Shown here: in pieces, positions 54,777 to 63,753 of the stretch | Numbering within the stretch: the stretch's first letter is position 1 | Layout: each line of letters begins with the position of its first letter | Source of the DNA: an uncultured Lachnospiraceae bacterium | GTDB lineage: Bacteria > Bacillota > Clostridia > Lachnospirales > Lachnospiraceae | Length of the DNA: 64,000 nucleotides | Direction of reading: 5' to 3' | Assembly: GCA_910585715.1 (NCBI GenBank) | Contig: CAJUEX010000013.1 | Location: 801 to 64,800 of the forward strand | Notes under the pieces: generated by a model | Told to the model about the DNA's origin: nothing | Database searches by the model: none | The model's input: the letters and a program-made list of their open reading frames with translations, nothing else | Made by a program: the position numbers and the translations under genes

Positions 54777-56060
54777 TCATTCTGCCATCGCCATGCCTGC
54801 TGCATATCCGGTAGACCATGCTATCTGAAGATTAAAGCCTCCGGTCACGGCATCTAAATCCAACAGTTCCCCGGCAAAATACAATCCCTTTACTTTTTTT
54901 GATTCCATAGTGGAAGGATTTACTTCCTTTATGGAAACCCCTCCCTGGGTAATAATAGCTTCTTCAAACCCTCTTGTGCCTGATATTGTCATAGTCATAT
55001 GCTTTACCAGATTTAAAAAAGCCGTTCTTTCTTCTTTGGAAATCTCATTGCATTTCTTATCCGGAGCAATCGGGGACAATTGAACCATCACCGGAACCAG
55101 CTTTGCCGGGAAAAGACTTCCGAGAATATTTTTAAACTGCTTGTTATGGTTTGCTTCAAACTCCCTGAGCAGCCGGCTGTCCAGCTGCTTTTCAGAAAGA
55201 GCCGGCTTTAAATCCAGCATAAGAACCGCCGGTTCTTCCAGCTTTTTAGTCAGATAGCTGCTTGCCGTAAGCATCAAAGGACCGCTGACTCCAAAATGGG
55301 TAAACAGCATTTCTCCAAACCCTTCATAAAGCATCTTTTTCCCCTGCTTTATTTTTACAGATACATTTTTTAATGACAGCCCCTGAAGCTTCCGGCACCA
55401 GCTTTCCTCTACAACAAAAGGCACTAATGCCGGATAAAGTCTGGTCACTTTATGCCCTGCTTTCTTTGCCATGCCATGTCCGTCGCCGGTGGAACCGGTG
55501 GATGGATAGGAAACCCCTCCGGTTGCAAGCAGTACCATGTCTGCTTCTATTATGGTTCCGTCCTCTAACAGCACTCCTTTGACCGCAGGCTTTTGGTCCT
55601 TTGAAGCGCAGGACTCCTCTCCTGCCTCAGACAAAAAACCTTCTTCAAAAAAGAGCAGTTCCTTTACCTTTGTATTCAGCCGTACTTCCACCCCCAGCCT
55701 TCTAAGCTCATACTGCAATGCCCGTATAATATCCGAAGAATGGTCTGATACAGGAAATACCCGACTTCCCCTTTCTATCTTTAAAGGAACTCCTAATTCC
55801 TCAAAAAAGCTCATTACCATACGGTTGTCAAATCCATAAAAGCTGCTGTACATAAACTTTTCATTGGTAACCATATTGGCAAATAACTCTTCCACCTGAC
55901 AGGCATTTGTTACGTTGCATCTGCCTTTTCCGGTAATAAAAAGCTTTTTCCCCAATTTTTCATTTTGCTCTATAAGCGTTACCCTGCTGCCTGCCCTTGC
56001 TGCAAAAATGCCTGCAATCATTCCAGCCGGGCCGCCGCCTGCAATACAAATCTTATTCAT
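54777..56060 (-). CDS. NAD(P)/FAD-dependent oxidoreductase, HI0933/BaiN-like family
   Basis: 427 aa. It has the dinucleotide fold IAGGGPAGMIAG, plus KLFITGKGRCNVTN and GGFNLQIAWSTG. Confidence 0.8.
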   Translation of the reverse strand: MNKICIAGGGPAGMIAGIFAARAGSRVTLIEQNEKLGKKLFITGKGRCNVTNACQVEELFANMVTNEKFMYSSFYGFDNRMVMSFFEELGVPLKIERGSRVFPVSDHSSDIIRALQYELRRLGVEVRLNTKVKELLFFEEGFLSEAGEESCASKDQKPAVKGVLLEDGTIIEADMVLLATGGVSYPSTGSTGDGHGMAKKAGHKVTRLYPALVPFVVEESWCRKLQGLSLKNVSVKIKQGKKMLYEGFGEMLFTHFGVSGPLMLTASSYLTKKLEEPAVLMLDLKPALSEKQLDSRLLREFEANHNKQFKNILGSLFPAKLVPVMVQLSPIAPDKKCNEISKEERTAFLNLVKHMTMTISGTRGFEEAIITQGGVSIKEVNPSTMESKKVKGLYFAGELLDLDAVTGGFNLQIAWSTGYAAGMAMAE

Positions 56061-56985
56061 TCTTTTTTTCTTCCTTCATTAGAGGATAATTCAGCATAGG
56101 CTCTTCATCAATAAAATTAATCTCATCGTTTAAGTATACCTGATAGTTAGCCCAGGCTTCCTCCAAAGCCTCCAGATTCGTCTTTACATCCTGAGGGCAT
56201 TTTAAACAAAGAGCCACTACCAAAGCATTAATCACACTAAGGGGCGCTACAAGAGAATCCACAATGGAAACCATATCGCTTCTTGCTAACAGATTACAGG
56301 AAGAATACAGATTCATGGGTGAATGAACCGTATCTGTTATGGTAATGACTTTTGCATTTCTGTCTCTTGCAAATTCCATTGCTTTTAAAGTCCTCATGGA
56401 ATATCTTGGAAAGCTTATACCAATAACTACATCCTCTTCATTTACGCGAATCATCTGTTCAAAAGTCTCACTGACTGAGGTTGTCCTGATCAGACATACA
56501 TCTCCCCGAATCATAGTCAGATAAAAGCTTAAAAAATCAGCTAAAGGCTCGCAGCTTCTGATTCCTACAATATAGACATGCTTTGCTGCCAATATAGTGT
56601 CCACTGCCGTCTCAAAAGCAATGGGGTCTAAATTTTCTATAGTATCGGCAATTTTGTTCATGTCAGACGTCAATACGGAGGTCAGTATTTCTGACTGGGT
56701 GCTCCTGCCATACTTGGCATCTATTCTCTGTACCGAATTCAACTTATTCTTTACCCAGTCCTCCAGCGCCTTTTGGAATTCCGGATATCCGTCATAACCG
56801 ATTCCCGAAGCAAAACGCACTACTGTTGACTCACTGATGCCAAGAGTCTCTCCAAGCTTTGCTGCCGTCATAAAAACCGCCTGGTCATAATGATCCGTAA
56901 TATAAGCGGCAATCGCTTTATGACTTTTGCTCATAGTGCTGAATTTTTCGTTGATTCTGGTAATAATGTCATTCTGATTGTCCAT
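56053..56985 (-). CDS. MurR/RpiR family transcriptional regulator (HTH_6 plus SIS)
   Basis: 310 aa. The N-terminal HTH is TAAKLGETLGISESTVVRFA, and a C-terminal SIS domain follows. It overlaps the downstream gene by 8 nt. Confidence 0.85.
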   Translation of the reverse strand: MDNQNDIITRINEKFSTMSKSHKAIAAYITDHYDQAVFMTAAKLGETLGISESTVVRFASGIGYDGYPEFQKALEDWVKNKLNSVQRIDAKYGRSTQSEILTSVLTSDMNKIADTIENLDPIAFETAVDTILAAKHVYIVGIRSCEPLADFLSFYLTMIRGDVCLIRTTSVSETFEQMIRVNEEDVVIGISFPRYSMRTLKAMEFARDRNAKVITITDTVHSPMNLYSSCNLLARSDMVSIVDSLVAPLSVINALVVALCLKCPQDVKTNLEALEEAWANYQVYLNDEINFIDEEPMLNYPLMKEEKKNE

Positions 56986-56997
56986 TTTATCCCCCCG

Positions 56998-57570
56998 TTA
57001 TGACTGAAAATATGCCTGATAAGAAGCCTTTAGCAAATCCATTGTCTCTGCTTCTTCCAAATCATAATCACCTGTAACTACCATGCAGGCAGCTCCATGA
57101 ATGAAAATCCACATTTTCATAAACAGTTCACTGGGATTTTGAGCCCCGGCGGTTTTTGCCTTGTTGATTTCTTTTACCAAAGCTCCTTCCCTGCCGTTTA
57201 ACAGCTCATACAGACTTTTGCCATATCTGTTTTTAGACAAAAACAGCACTTCAAACAAATGAGGCTCCACCTGGGCAAATTTAATATAGGCAAGTCCCAG
57301 ATTGATAAAAGGAGTATCGTCCATTTTGGGGAAGCCTTTATAAAATTCCGAGAAATATCGAATCACTTCATCATAAACCTGAGAATAAAGTTCATCCATA
57401 TTTTTATACACCCGGAAGATTGGCTGGGTGGAACATCCGATTTTTCCTGCCAGCCTTCTGGCCGTCAGCATTCCATGCCCCTCTTCCTTTGTAAGCTCAA
57501 AGGCCGCTTTAATGATATCTGCTCTTGTGGTTGTTTCTTTTCTTGCCATATTCTGCTTTGCCCTTTCCAT
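56998..57570 (-). CDS. TetR/AcrR family transcriptional regulator
   Basis: The start is tentatively taken at MERAKQNMARKETTTRADIIKAAFELTKEEG; MARKE is an alternative. The HTH is TARRLAGKIGCSTQPIFRVY. Confidence 0.8.
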   Translation of the reverse strand: MERAKQNMARKETTTRADIIKAAFELTKEEGHGMLTARRLAGKIGCSTQPIFRVYKNMDELYSQVYDEVIRYFSEFYKGFPKMDDTPFINLGLAYIKFAQVEPHLFEVLFLSKNRYGKSLYELLNGREGALVKEINKAKTAGAQNPSELFMKMWIFIHGAACMVVTGDYDLEEAETMDLLKASYQAYFQS

Positions 57571-57743
57571 GGTTCTTCTTTGTCCTGCTGTACTATTAGC
57601 ATTTCGGGACAATATGATGTTATTTTCAGGTACAAAAATAACATATGTTATCACACATACTTTATTTTAGTATAAAATAAATATTATGTCAACTGTTTTT
57701 TTCTGTGTAACCTAACAGCAAAAATGCAAAAAAAAAGCGCTTT

Positions 57744-57779
57744 ATAAAAGGAGTATCACAGAATAATTTGTGATACTCC
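57744..57779 (-). terminator. Rho-independent terminator after paralog 5
   Basis: The minus strand has GGAGTATCACA-AATTATTC-TGTGATACTCC, an 11-bp perfect stem, followed by TTTTAT. Confidence 0.65.
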
Positions 57780-57791
57780 TTCCTTGGTCAC

Positions 57792-59684
57792 CTATTTAAT
57801 TTTAATCTTCACCTTCGCCTTTTTATTACTTCCATCTGTAGAAGTTGCTGTAATGGTAACCGTTTTTCCTTTTCCTGCTTTCTTTGCTGTTACCTTTCCT
57901 TTCTTATTTACGGTAGCATATTTGGTATTGGAGCTTTGCCATTTCAATGTCTTATTCACGCTCTTTCCGGTAGTCTTCACCGTCGCCTTGATGCTCATGC
58001 TCTTTCCTGCTTTTAAGGACTTTGCAGAAGCCTTCAGCTTAATGCTCTTTACCGCATGCTTCATGATTTTTATTTTTATGGAAGCCTTCTTGCCGCTTCC
58101 ATCCTTTGCCTCTGCCGTGATAGTTACGGACTTGCCGGCTCCTGCTTTTTTCAGAGTGACTTTTCCGTTTTTGTCTACAGTCGCATATTTTTCGTTGCTG
58201 GTCTTCCATGTCACTGCTTTGTTAGAAGCGTTTTCCGGAGTTACGTCTAAAGTGAGTTTCACTTTCTTTCCTGCGGCAAGCTTCTTGGACGGAGCATGGA
58301 TTTCTATACCCTGTACTCCTTTAACCTCTTCCTTGCTGTTTTCTTGAATCTTATAAGAGAATTGTGCCACCCCGCTAGCTTTATAGCCCTCACATACAGC
58401 AATTGCCTTAATTGTTACATCATGTTCAAGAATAATTGCTCCTGCATAAACCATACTGTCTGTAGTAGGTTCTGTTCCATCAATTGTATAGTATATGTTA
58501 GCTCCGCTAGTTGCACAAGTTAAAAAAAGTTTTGTATTTTTTACCACACTGCTTCCTGAAGGAATTGTAGCTTCAGGCCTAGCTGCTTCTTTTTTGTCAG
58601 TATCATCCTCTGCTAAAGACCAGCTATCGTATATTTGATTTATGTTCAAAACCGGACATACTCCAAGTTCACCGGCTTCAACAAAAGTTCCCCCGTATGC
58701 TACATACCCATTTTTGTCCACAAAAGCAGCATAATCGCTATGAGCGCCGGAAGAACGCAACCACCACATTTCATTACTATCAAATCCCATACGCGCACCT
58801 CTGGCACAGGCATAATCAGTATTTTTTATTATCCGACTCAGGGAATAAGTATTGAAATTGCTGCAAAATCCATATCTATCATTAACTATCTCATGCAAGG
58901 ATAACATATAAACCTTATCATAAGTAGCATATCCACCTTCCGTCTCATAACGGGGGTTATCTTCATTTGCTATTCTTTTTTCTACAATTGCTTTTTTTTC
59001 GTTATCGCTAAAAGCTGTATCATAAAAACTGCCATTCAGCCAACTTCTAATCGTACTGGATTCCCATGTAACATCTGCATGATTATTATTATATTGTTGA
59101 TTGTCCAATGCTTTATCTGCTACCACAAGCAACTGATAGCCATCATTATTTAACACTTTCCATCGAATTTTCTCCCATTTAAAATAGCGATAAGGCTTAT
59201 CCCCGAAATATGCATAATTATATACATCCTCGTTGCTAATCCTCCGATATTTTGCACCATCTATCCATACATCTATGCCATTTTCCGCTGGCTTTCCATT
59301 TGTACTAATAGCCTCATCAATACGTGCTGTCATAGTGCTATCCGTCACTTCTTGCTGTGGATAGCTCCCAAAATATATATAACTGAATTTCGTATAATCT
59401 GTACCATCATCTAATTTTGTGCAGTGATGAATCGGATTAGCAGGTTTTCCTATTCCTGTACGCAAATCATTCTCACTTACATTATTTACTGAAAGCCCTT
59501 CCTGCGGCTGGCTGTTGATATCTTCATCCCCATTATCACTTTGTTCCAGATTTCCCATTACTTCATTTTCACTAATGGTATTTGCAAATACAATAACATC
59601 TTGAACGTTAAAAAAAATTATTGCCACTAACAGCATTGATAAAGCTTTCCTCACATTTTTCTTATTATTACCCTGTTCCTTCAT
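57792..59684 (-). CDS. Secreted multidomain protein, paralog 5: signal peptide, DUF6273-like core, CHB_HEX_C-like domain, 2 x Big_2
   Basis: 630 aa. It has the same motif series (PANPIHHC, YFGSYPQQEVTD, YFKWEKIRWKVL, WWLRSSG, VCPVLNINQ), ANIYYTIDGTEPT...VTIKAIAV and two Big_2 repeats ending TITATSTDGSNKKAKVKIKIK. Confidence 0.8.
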   Translation of the reverse strand: MKEQGNNKKNVRKALSMLLVAIIFFNVQDVIVFANTISENEVMGNLEQSDNGDEDINSQPQEGLSVNNVSENDLRTGIGKPANPIHHCTKLDDGTDYTKFSYIYFGSYPQQEVTDSTMTARIDEAISTNGKPAENGIDVWIDGAKYRRISNEDVYNYAYFGDKPYRYFKWEKIRWKVLNNDGYQLLVVADKALDNQQYNNNHADVTWESSTIRSWLNGSFYDTAFSDNEKKAIVEKRIANEDNPRYETEGGYATYDKVYMLSLHEIVNDRYGFCSNFNTYSLSRIIKNTDYACARGARMGFDSNEMWWLRSSGAHSDYAAFVDKNGYVAYGGTFVEAGELGVCPVLNINQIYDSWSLAEDDTDKKEAARPEATIPSGSSVVKNTKLFLTCATSGANIYYTIDGTEPTTDSMVYAGAIILEHDVTIKAIAVCEGYKASGVAQFSYKIQENSKEEVKGVQGIEIHAPSKKLAAGKKVKLTLDVTPENASNKAVTWKTSNEKYATVDKNGKVTLKKAGAGKSVTITAEAKDGSGKKASIKIKIMKHAVKSIKLKASAKSLKAGKSMSIKATVKTTGKSVNKTLKWQSSNTKYATVNKKGKVTAKKAGKGKTVTITATSTDGSNKKAKVKIKIK

Positions 59685-59942
59685 ACTTCAATTTCTCCTT
59701 TTTTACATAATTTCTATTTTTTTAATAGATATCCTTTCTTTTTTCACTAGCCTTATAATATTATTTTATTATTATTTTGTCAACTATTCTAATGATTTTT
59801 AGTTTTTAAATAAAACAGATAAAAAATGTGCATTCAAAAAAAATAAAAGTCTTTTCAAAATCTGTCATATACACGACAAGATACATGAAAAGACTTCTAC
59901 TTATATTACTTTTAACACACTTCATAATTTACTCCCATGAAG

Positions 59943-60440
59943 CTACCCCTGTTCCACATACTCCGCCAACACCCGATGCATCCCGGGATATTCCTTCTTC
60001 ATCCGCACCGGCACCATATCCCTGTTCACAAATCCATGCTCCGACTCTCCAACCGCATGAACCACACCATTATCCTTCCCAATAATCTCATAAGAAACCC
60101 GGAACCGGACACCATTAAAATAAGTAATCTTCAAATATATGCAAACCCTGTCTCCATACCGGATTGCACTCTTATACTTACATGTTACCCCCAGCACCGG
60201 AATCAGGATACCCGTCTCTTCAATCTTATCATAGGGCAGTCCAATCTGCTCCAAAAAATCGCTCCTTGCCTCCTCAAACCACCTGATATAATTGGAATGA
60301 TGGACAATTCCCATCTGGTCCGTTTCATAATAATGAACCCCTCTTTCATAAGGTCTTATTTCCTTTTTGACTGTTTCAGTCACTCCATCTCTTTCCATCA
60401 TCCTGCTTCCTCCATGCCATTCATTCTTCATTATCTTCAT
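59943..60440 (-). CDS. Acyl-CoA thioesterase (4HBT / YbgC-like hotdog fold)
   Basis: 165 aa in the track; the true start may be one of the internal Met codons (MMERDG). The motif is VHYYETDQMGIVHHSNYIRWFEEAR. Confidence 0.8.
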   Translation of the reverse strand: MKIMKNEWHGGSRMMERDGVTETVKKEIRPYERGVHYYETDQMGIVHHSNYIRWFEEARSDFLEQIGLPYDKIEETGILIPVLGVTCKYKSAIRYGDRVCIYLKITYFNGVRFRVSYEIIGKDNGVVHAVGESEHGFVNRDMVPVRMKKEYPGMHRVLAEYVEQG

Positions 60441-60449
60441 AAATACAAA

Positions 60450-60896
60450 TTATATATGCGCCTCAATATTACGAACATCAGTACCCAAACTGCTTTTAAC
60501 GACCTCTATCACGTTGTCTTTCTCAAACTGCTCCGGATTACTTATACAAATCTGACAACAGGCAAATCCACAAGGAAACTCATAATTCAAATCATTCAGT
60601 GAAACAATCCTTTTACAACATGGCATTTCTGCTTCCAAAGACATGAACTCTTCTTCGCCGGCTTTTCCCATGGCTCCTCCCCACCAGTCAAAATCAAGCT
60701 CTGCGCCGCATTGGGGACAGGAAATTTTTTCGAGATTTGCCCCGCAATCAACAAAAACCGGCGTTTCAGCGGACGTCATTTCACTATCATCACAGTCTAT
60801 CTGCCTTTCAAGAAAAGCCTTCACCGATTGGAGCGCTGACACTGAACCTTTATAAAACGGGTTTTTGGGTATTATTTTCACAATATGCTCCGACAT
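60450..60896 (-). CDS. Hypothetical Cys-rich protein (zinc-ribbon-like CPQCG motif)
   Basis: The start is taken at MSEHIVKIIPKN, with AGAGGAGGGG upstream; the track ORF extends 74 codons further without support. It has CPQCGAELDFDWW, MPCC and FPCGFACCQIC. I recognise no family. Confidence 0.55.
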   Translation of the reverse strand: MSEHIVKIIPKNPFYKGSVSALQSVKAFLERQIDCDDSEMTSAETPVFVDCGANLEKISCPQCGAELDFDWWGGAMGKAGEEEFMSLEAEMPCCKRIVSLNDLNYEFPCGFACCQICISNPEQFEKDNVIEVVKSSLGTDVRNIEAHI

Positions 60897-60960
60897 ACAT
60901 TCCCCTCCTCTGGCTGCCTCGTGATTTGTTGATACATATTTTTCCTGAAAATTAAGTATA

Positions 60961-61134
60961 TCACATTCCCGCTGACAGTCCAACCCACCTTGAAAACAAA
61001 CCATTCTCAAGCATGAAAAACCAGATATAAAAACCGTATATGAAAACCTGCATATAAAATCCCCATATAAAAAGCCATAGCAGTTCAAACATCCTCTTTC
61101 CCTGCGGCTGGATGACAAACTTTTCTTTCAACAT
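60961..61134 (-). CDS. Possible 57-aa aromatic-rich single-TM peptide
   Basis: The start is taken at MLKEKFVIQPQGKRMFELLWLFIWGFYMQVFIYGFYIWFFML, with GGGAGGG upstream. I recognise no homology. Confidence 0.3.
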   Translation of the reverse strand: MLKEKFVIQPQGKRMFELLWLFIWGFYMQVFIYGFYIWFFMLENGLFSRWVGLSAGM

Positions 61135-61318
61135 CGCTACCCTCCCGCCCCGATAAAAACACAGCAGTTCCAAACTCGCCTTCAGAGATGTATTGTCAAG
61201 TGTGTTTGTAGACTTTTTCACAAATTTAGTTAATACAACACAAAAAATATGTATCCTATCACTTCGTCATGATACACTTTTTTGTATGGCAATCCGTCTT
61301 TATTCCATTTATACAAGA

Positions 61319-63004
61319 TTAATCTTCTTCAAAATCCGCATAAATATCCCGAATATTCTTTTCTATATTTACTCCATGAATATATCCGAAGTTTATTTTT
61401 CGCTCACGTATTACATTCATGAACTGATAATATTTTGAATGACTGATAGTATCCGTAAAGAAATAGACATAATCCGCTTTATCAACAATCGAAACATCTG
61501 TCGATCCACTGGCCTCTGGATTGATAAATATCCAGTCTGGAAATTCTTTCTTCATCTTCGATAACCAATTAGAATGTCCTCCCACTATAACGATCCGGTA
61601 ACCGGCAATCGTTTCCCTCATACTTTCAATCTTCTTATCTGTTATGGGATTATCGCTTTCTGTCAATTTATACACATAATTTCTAAGCACTGCCAATTCA
61701 CGTTTCGATGCTTCCAGCTGTTTTCTGATATCTTTTGCTTCCTCTTCAAGCATTCTTTTCTCCGCCAGACCAGCACGCAGACTACTGTTATCAGATTCAA
61801 GCTTGTGAACTTTACGACGTAATTTATCCACTTCCTCAATGAGCACGGACTCATCATGTCTACATCCATCTGTTCCGGCATGTTCTGTGAAATCCTTTAC
61901 CTGCCTTTCCGTCTTATCATTCTCTGGTCTGCCAGTCTTGACCTGCACATCCTCCGGATGAAACATCGGTGGAAATTCATCATAATAAAGTGTTCCGGAT
62001 TCTCCATAAGCCAATATCCTAAGCGTTTCAGCCAGCCATGACGAATTGCACGTCATCGCGCTTGCACAATGAAGGATCATTCCATAAAGCGTAAGCTCCT
62101 CTGCGGAATATTCTCTATTGCTTTTATGAAAAGTCTTCTTCAATATAGAAAGCACAATGGCAAGGCGGTCTTCCACCCCTCTGTCATTTTCATCACACCA
62201 ATCTGCATATTCCGGACTATACCCCAGCCATTGAAATACATTTCTGAGGAATTTCGACATCTTTGCATCTAGGGAATATAATTTCTTCTGATCGAAGCGC
62301 TCACCAATTTCCTTCCGACAATCCTTAAAGCTGTCACCCACAGCCTCATCAAACGAATATCCGCCGTTTAAATCAAATTGATTGCTGTATTCATTTAAGA
62401 TTCCATATACAATGTTACATTCTCCATCCATCTTAATACCATGTATTGGAGCTATACATAAAATCCTTGACAGATTTGTATAGTAATAATTTCTTCTTCC
62501 TTCCGGCTTTGCCAATGCCAGCAGTTCACTGAGCGATATCGTGCTGAATCTTTTGAGTGTCCGGTATTCCTTTTTGTAATATGTTTTATGTAAATATAAA
62601 AACAAAGCCTTCGTATATTCACTTCCGCTATTCATTGCGTTCATCATCAGACCAAGCGTAAATCTGTTGAACATCAATTCCGGCCAGTCTTCACCGGACT
62701 CGATATCGAAATACTCTACATCTTGGTGTTTTGAAATGTTTGCAAATTCATGAGCATAAAAATCCCTTGCAATCAGCGGAAAGTCTTCCCTCATCTCATC
62801 ATTTATAAAAAAATCAACAAAAAAACGTTCACACCCGTATGTATCTGGCGACATTCCATTGAAATCCCACATCAGCTTTTTATCACCCTGAATTTTCATC
62901 ATATAATTGACAAAGTTTCCGCCCGATTCTATCATGTTCTGAAGCAGATTATTTAATTCATCTGTACTTGGCAACCCATCAAGCGGAAAATTAACATTCT
63001 TCAT
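61319..63004 (-). CDS. Hypothetical 561-aa protein: unknown N-terminal domain, coiled coil, DUF2325-like C-terminal domain
   Basis: The start is taken at MKNVNFPLDG, with AAGAGG 10 nt upstream; an alternative start at 63055 is possible. The C-terminus YRIVIVGGHSNW...ADYVYFFTDTISHSKYYQFMNVIRERKINFGYI fits my recollection of the DUF2325 pattern (..VGG...D.V...T...SH). Confidence 0.6.
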   Translation of the reverse strand: MKNVNFPLDGLPSTDELNNLLQNMIESGGNFVNYMMKIQGDKKLMWDFNGMSPDTYGCERFFVDFFINDEMREDFPLIARDFYAHEFANISKHQDVEYFDIESGEDWPELMFNRFTLGLMMNAMNSGSEYTKALFLYLHKTYYKKEYRTLKRFSTISLSELLALAKPEGRRNYYYTNLSRILCIAPIHGIKMDGECNIVYGILNEYSNQFDLNGGYSFDEAVGDSFKDCRKEIGERFDQKKLYSLDAKMSKFLRNVFQWLGYSPEYADWCDENDRGVEDRLAIVLSILKKTFHKSNREYSAEELTLYGMILHCASAMTCNSSWLAETLRILAYGESGTLYYDEFPPMFHPEDVQVKTGRPENDKTERQVKDFTEHAGTDGCRHDESVLIEEVDKLRRKVHKLESDNSSLRAGLAEKRMLEEEAKDIRKQLEASKRELAVLRNYVYKLTESDNPITDKKIESMRETIAGYRIVIVGGHSNWLSKMKKEFPDWIFINPEASGSTDVSIVDKADYVYFFTDTISHSKYYQFMNVIRERKINFGYIHGVNIEKNIRDIYADFEED

Positions 63005-63042
63005 ACATGTTGTACCTCTTATCGCTTTATACCTTGAATTTT

Positions 63043-63672
63043 TCAAGGTCTGCACATCTTTATTTGTGCATCAGTTCCTGCCAGAAACAAAATATCTGAC
63101 TCCGTCTCCTTACAGCAACCCTGTATCCTGTCCAGTTCCCCCTTATGTCCCACCCTCTCAACATTCCATGTGGAATTTTCATGATATTTCCACACCCATA
63201 GTTTCAATATTACTTTAACGGGAGCAACCTCTCCTCTTTTAAAAAGCCCTGTCACTGAATGATCCAGATATTTTTTTCTGATTTCCTCATCAGCAGTCCT
63301 GCCCTTGAATATAATTCTGCCAGCATCAACCACTTCATTGTAGGGAATGGTTTCCCGCACCTCATTTTCGGCTGGAAGCCATTTATCTATATGATATACT
63401 TCTTTCACAATCCCATAAACAACAGCTAAAGCATAGTCTGCCTTCTCTACACTGGCAATCTTTCTCTTTCAGCAGCCCCGTGTCACGTCATACAGCTCGG
63501 TTTCACTCATGCCCTCACGATACGACTTGTTGATTTTGATAATTACGATAGCTTCCTGTATCGAAGGAGGGGATACATATGGAAAATAAAGCGGAAGGTA
63601 AGCACTATTGGTGTTCGGAATGATTTTGGAACTTGTCGGTATTGTAGTGACAGTCATCAGCATCATCGTCAC
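63043..63672 (-). pseudogene. Decayed uncharacterised gene with an in-frame TGA
   Basis: ORFs 63469..63672 and 63043..63408 are in the same frame. They are separated only by TGA at 63469-63471, and the read-through gives ...ELYDVTRGC*KRKIASVEKADYALAVVYGIVKEVYHIDKW.... The 5' end overlaps, in antisense, a small plus-strand ORF. Confidence 0.45.
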
Positions 63673-63742
63673 AATAACCAGTATCCGACAGACCGGAAGA
63701 AATAAAAAACATCAAAAAAGCAACCACACCGACCAAAGTTAG
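63620..63742 (+). CDS. Possible type I toxin-like / holin-like small hydrophobic peptide (40 aa)
   Basis: My translation gives MILELVGIVVTVISIIVTITSIRQTGRNKKHQKSNHTDQS: one TM helix and a basic tail. Alternative in-frame TTG and GTG starts lie at 63608 and 63611, downstream of GGAAGG. The stop codon sits inside a strong terminator hairpin. Confidence 0.4.
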   Translation: MILELVGIVVTVISIIVTITSIRQTGRNKKHQKSNHTDQS

Positions 63743-63753
63743 GTTGCTTTTTT
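63714..63753 (+). terminator. Hairpin terminator, potentially bidirectional
   Basis: aaaaaagcaacc (63714-63725) pairs with ggttgctttttt (63742-63753). The 6-bp GC-containing stem is extended by A/T pairing, with a 16-nt loop. Confidence 0.55.

Noticed and set aside
63469-63471. In-frame TGA as selenocysteine or a reassigned Trp codon
   Set aside because: I see no SECIS-like hairpin immediately downstream and no selenoprotein context. TGA serves as an ordinary stop for other genes in the window, for example the ECF sigma gene. A nonsense mutation is the simpler explanation.
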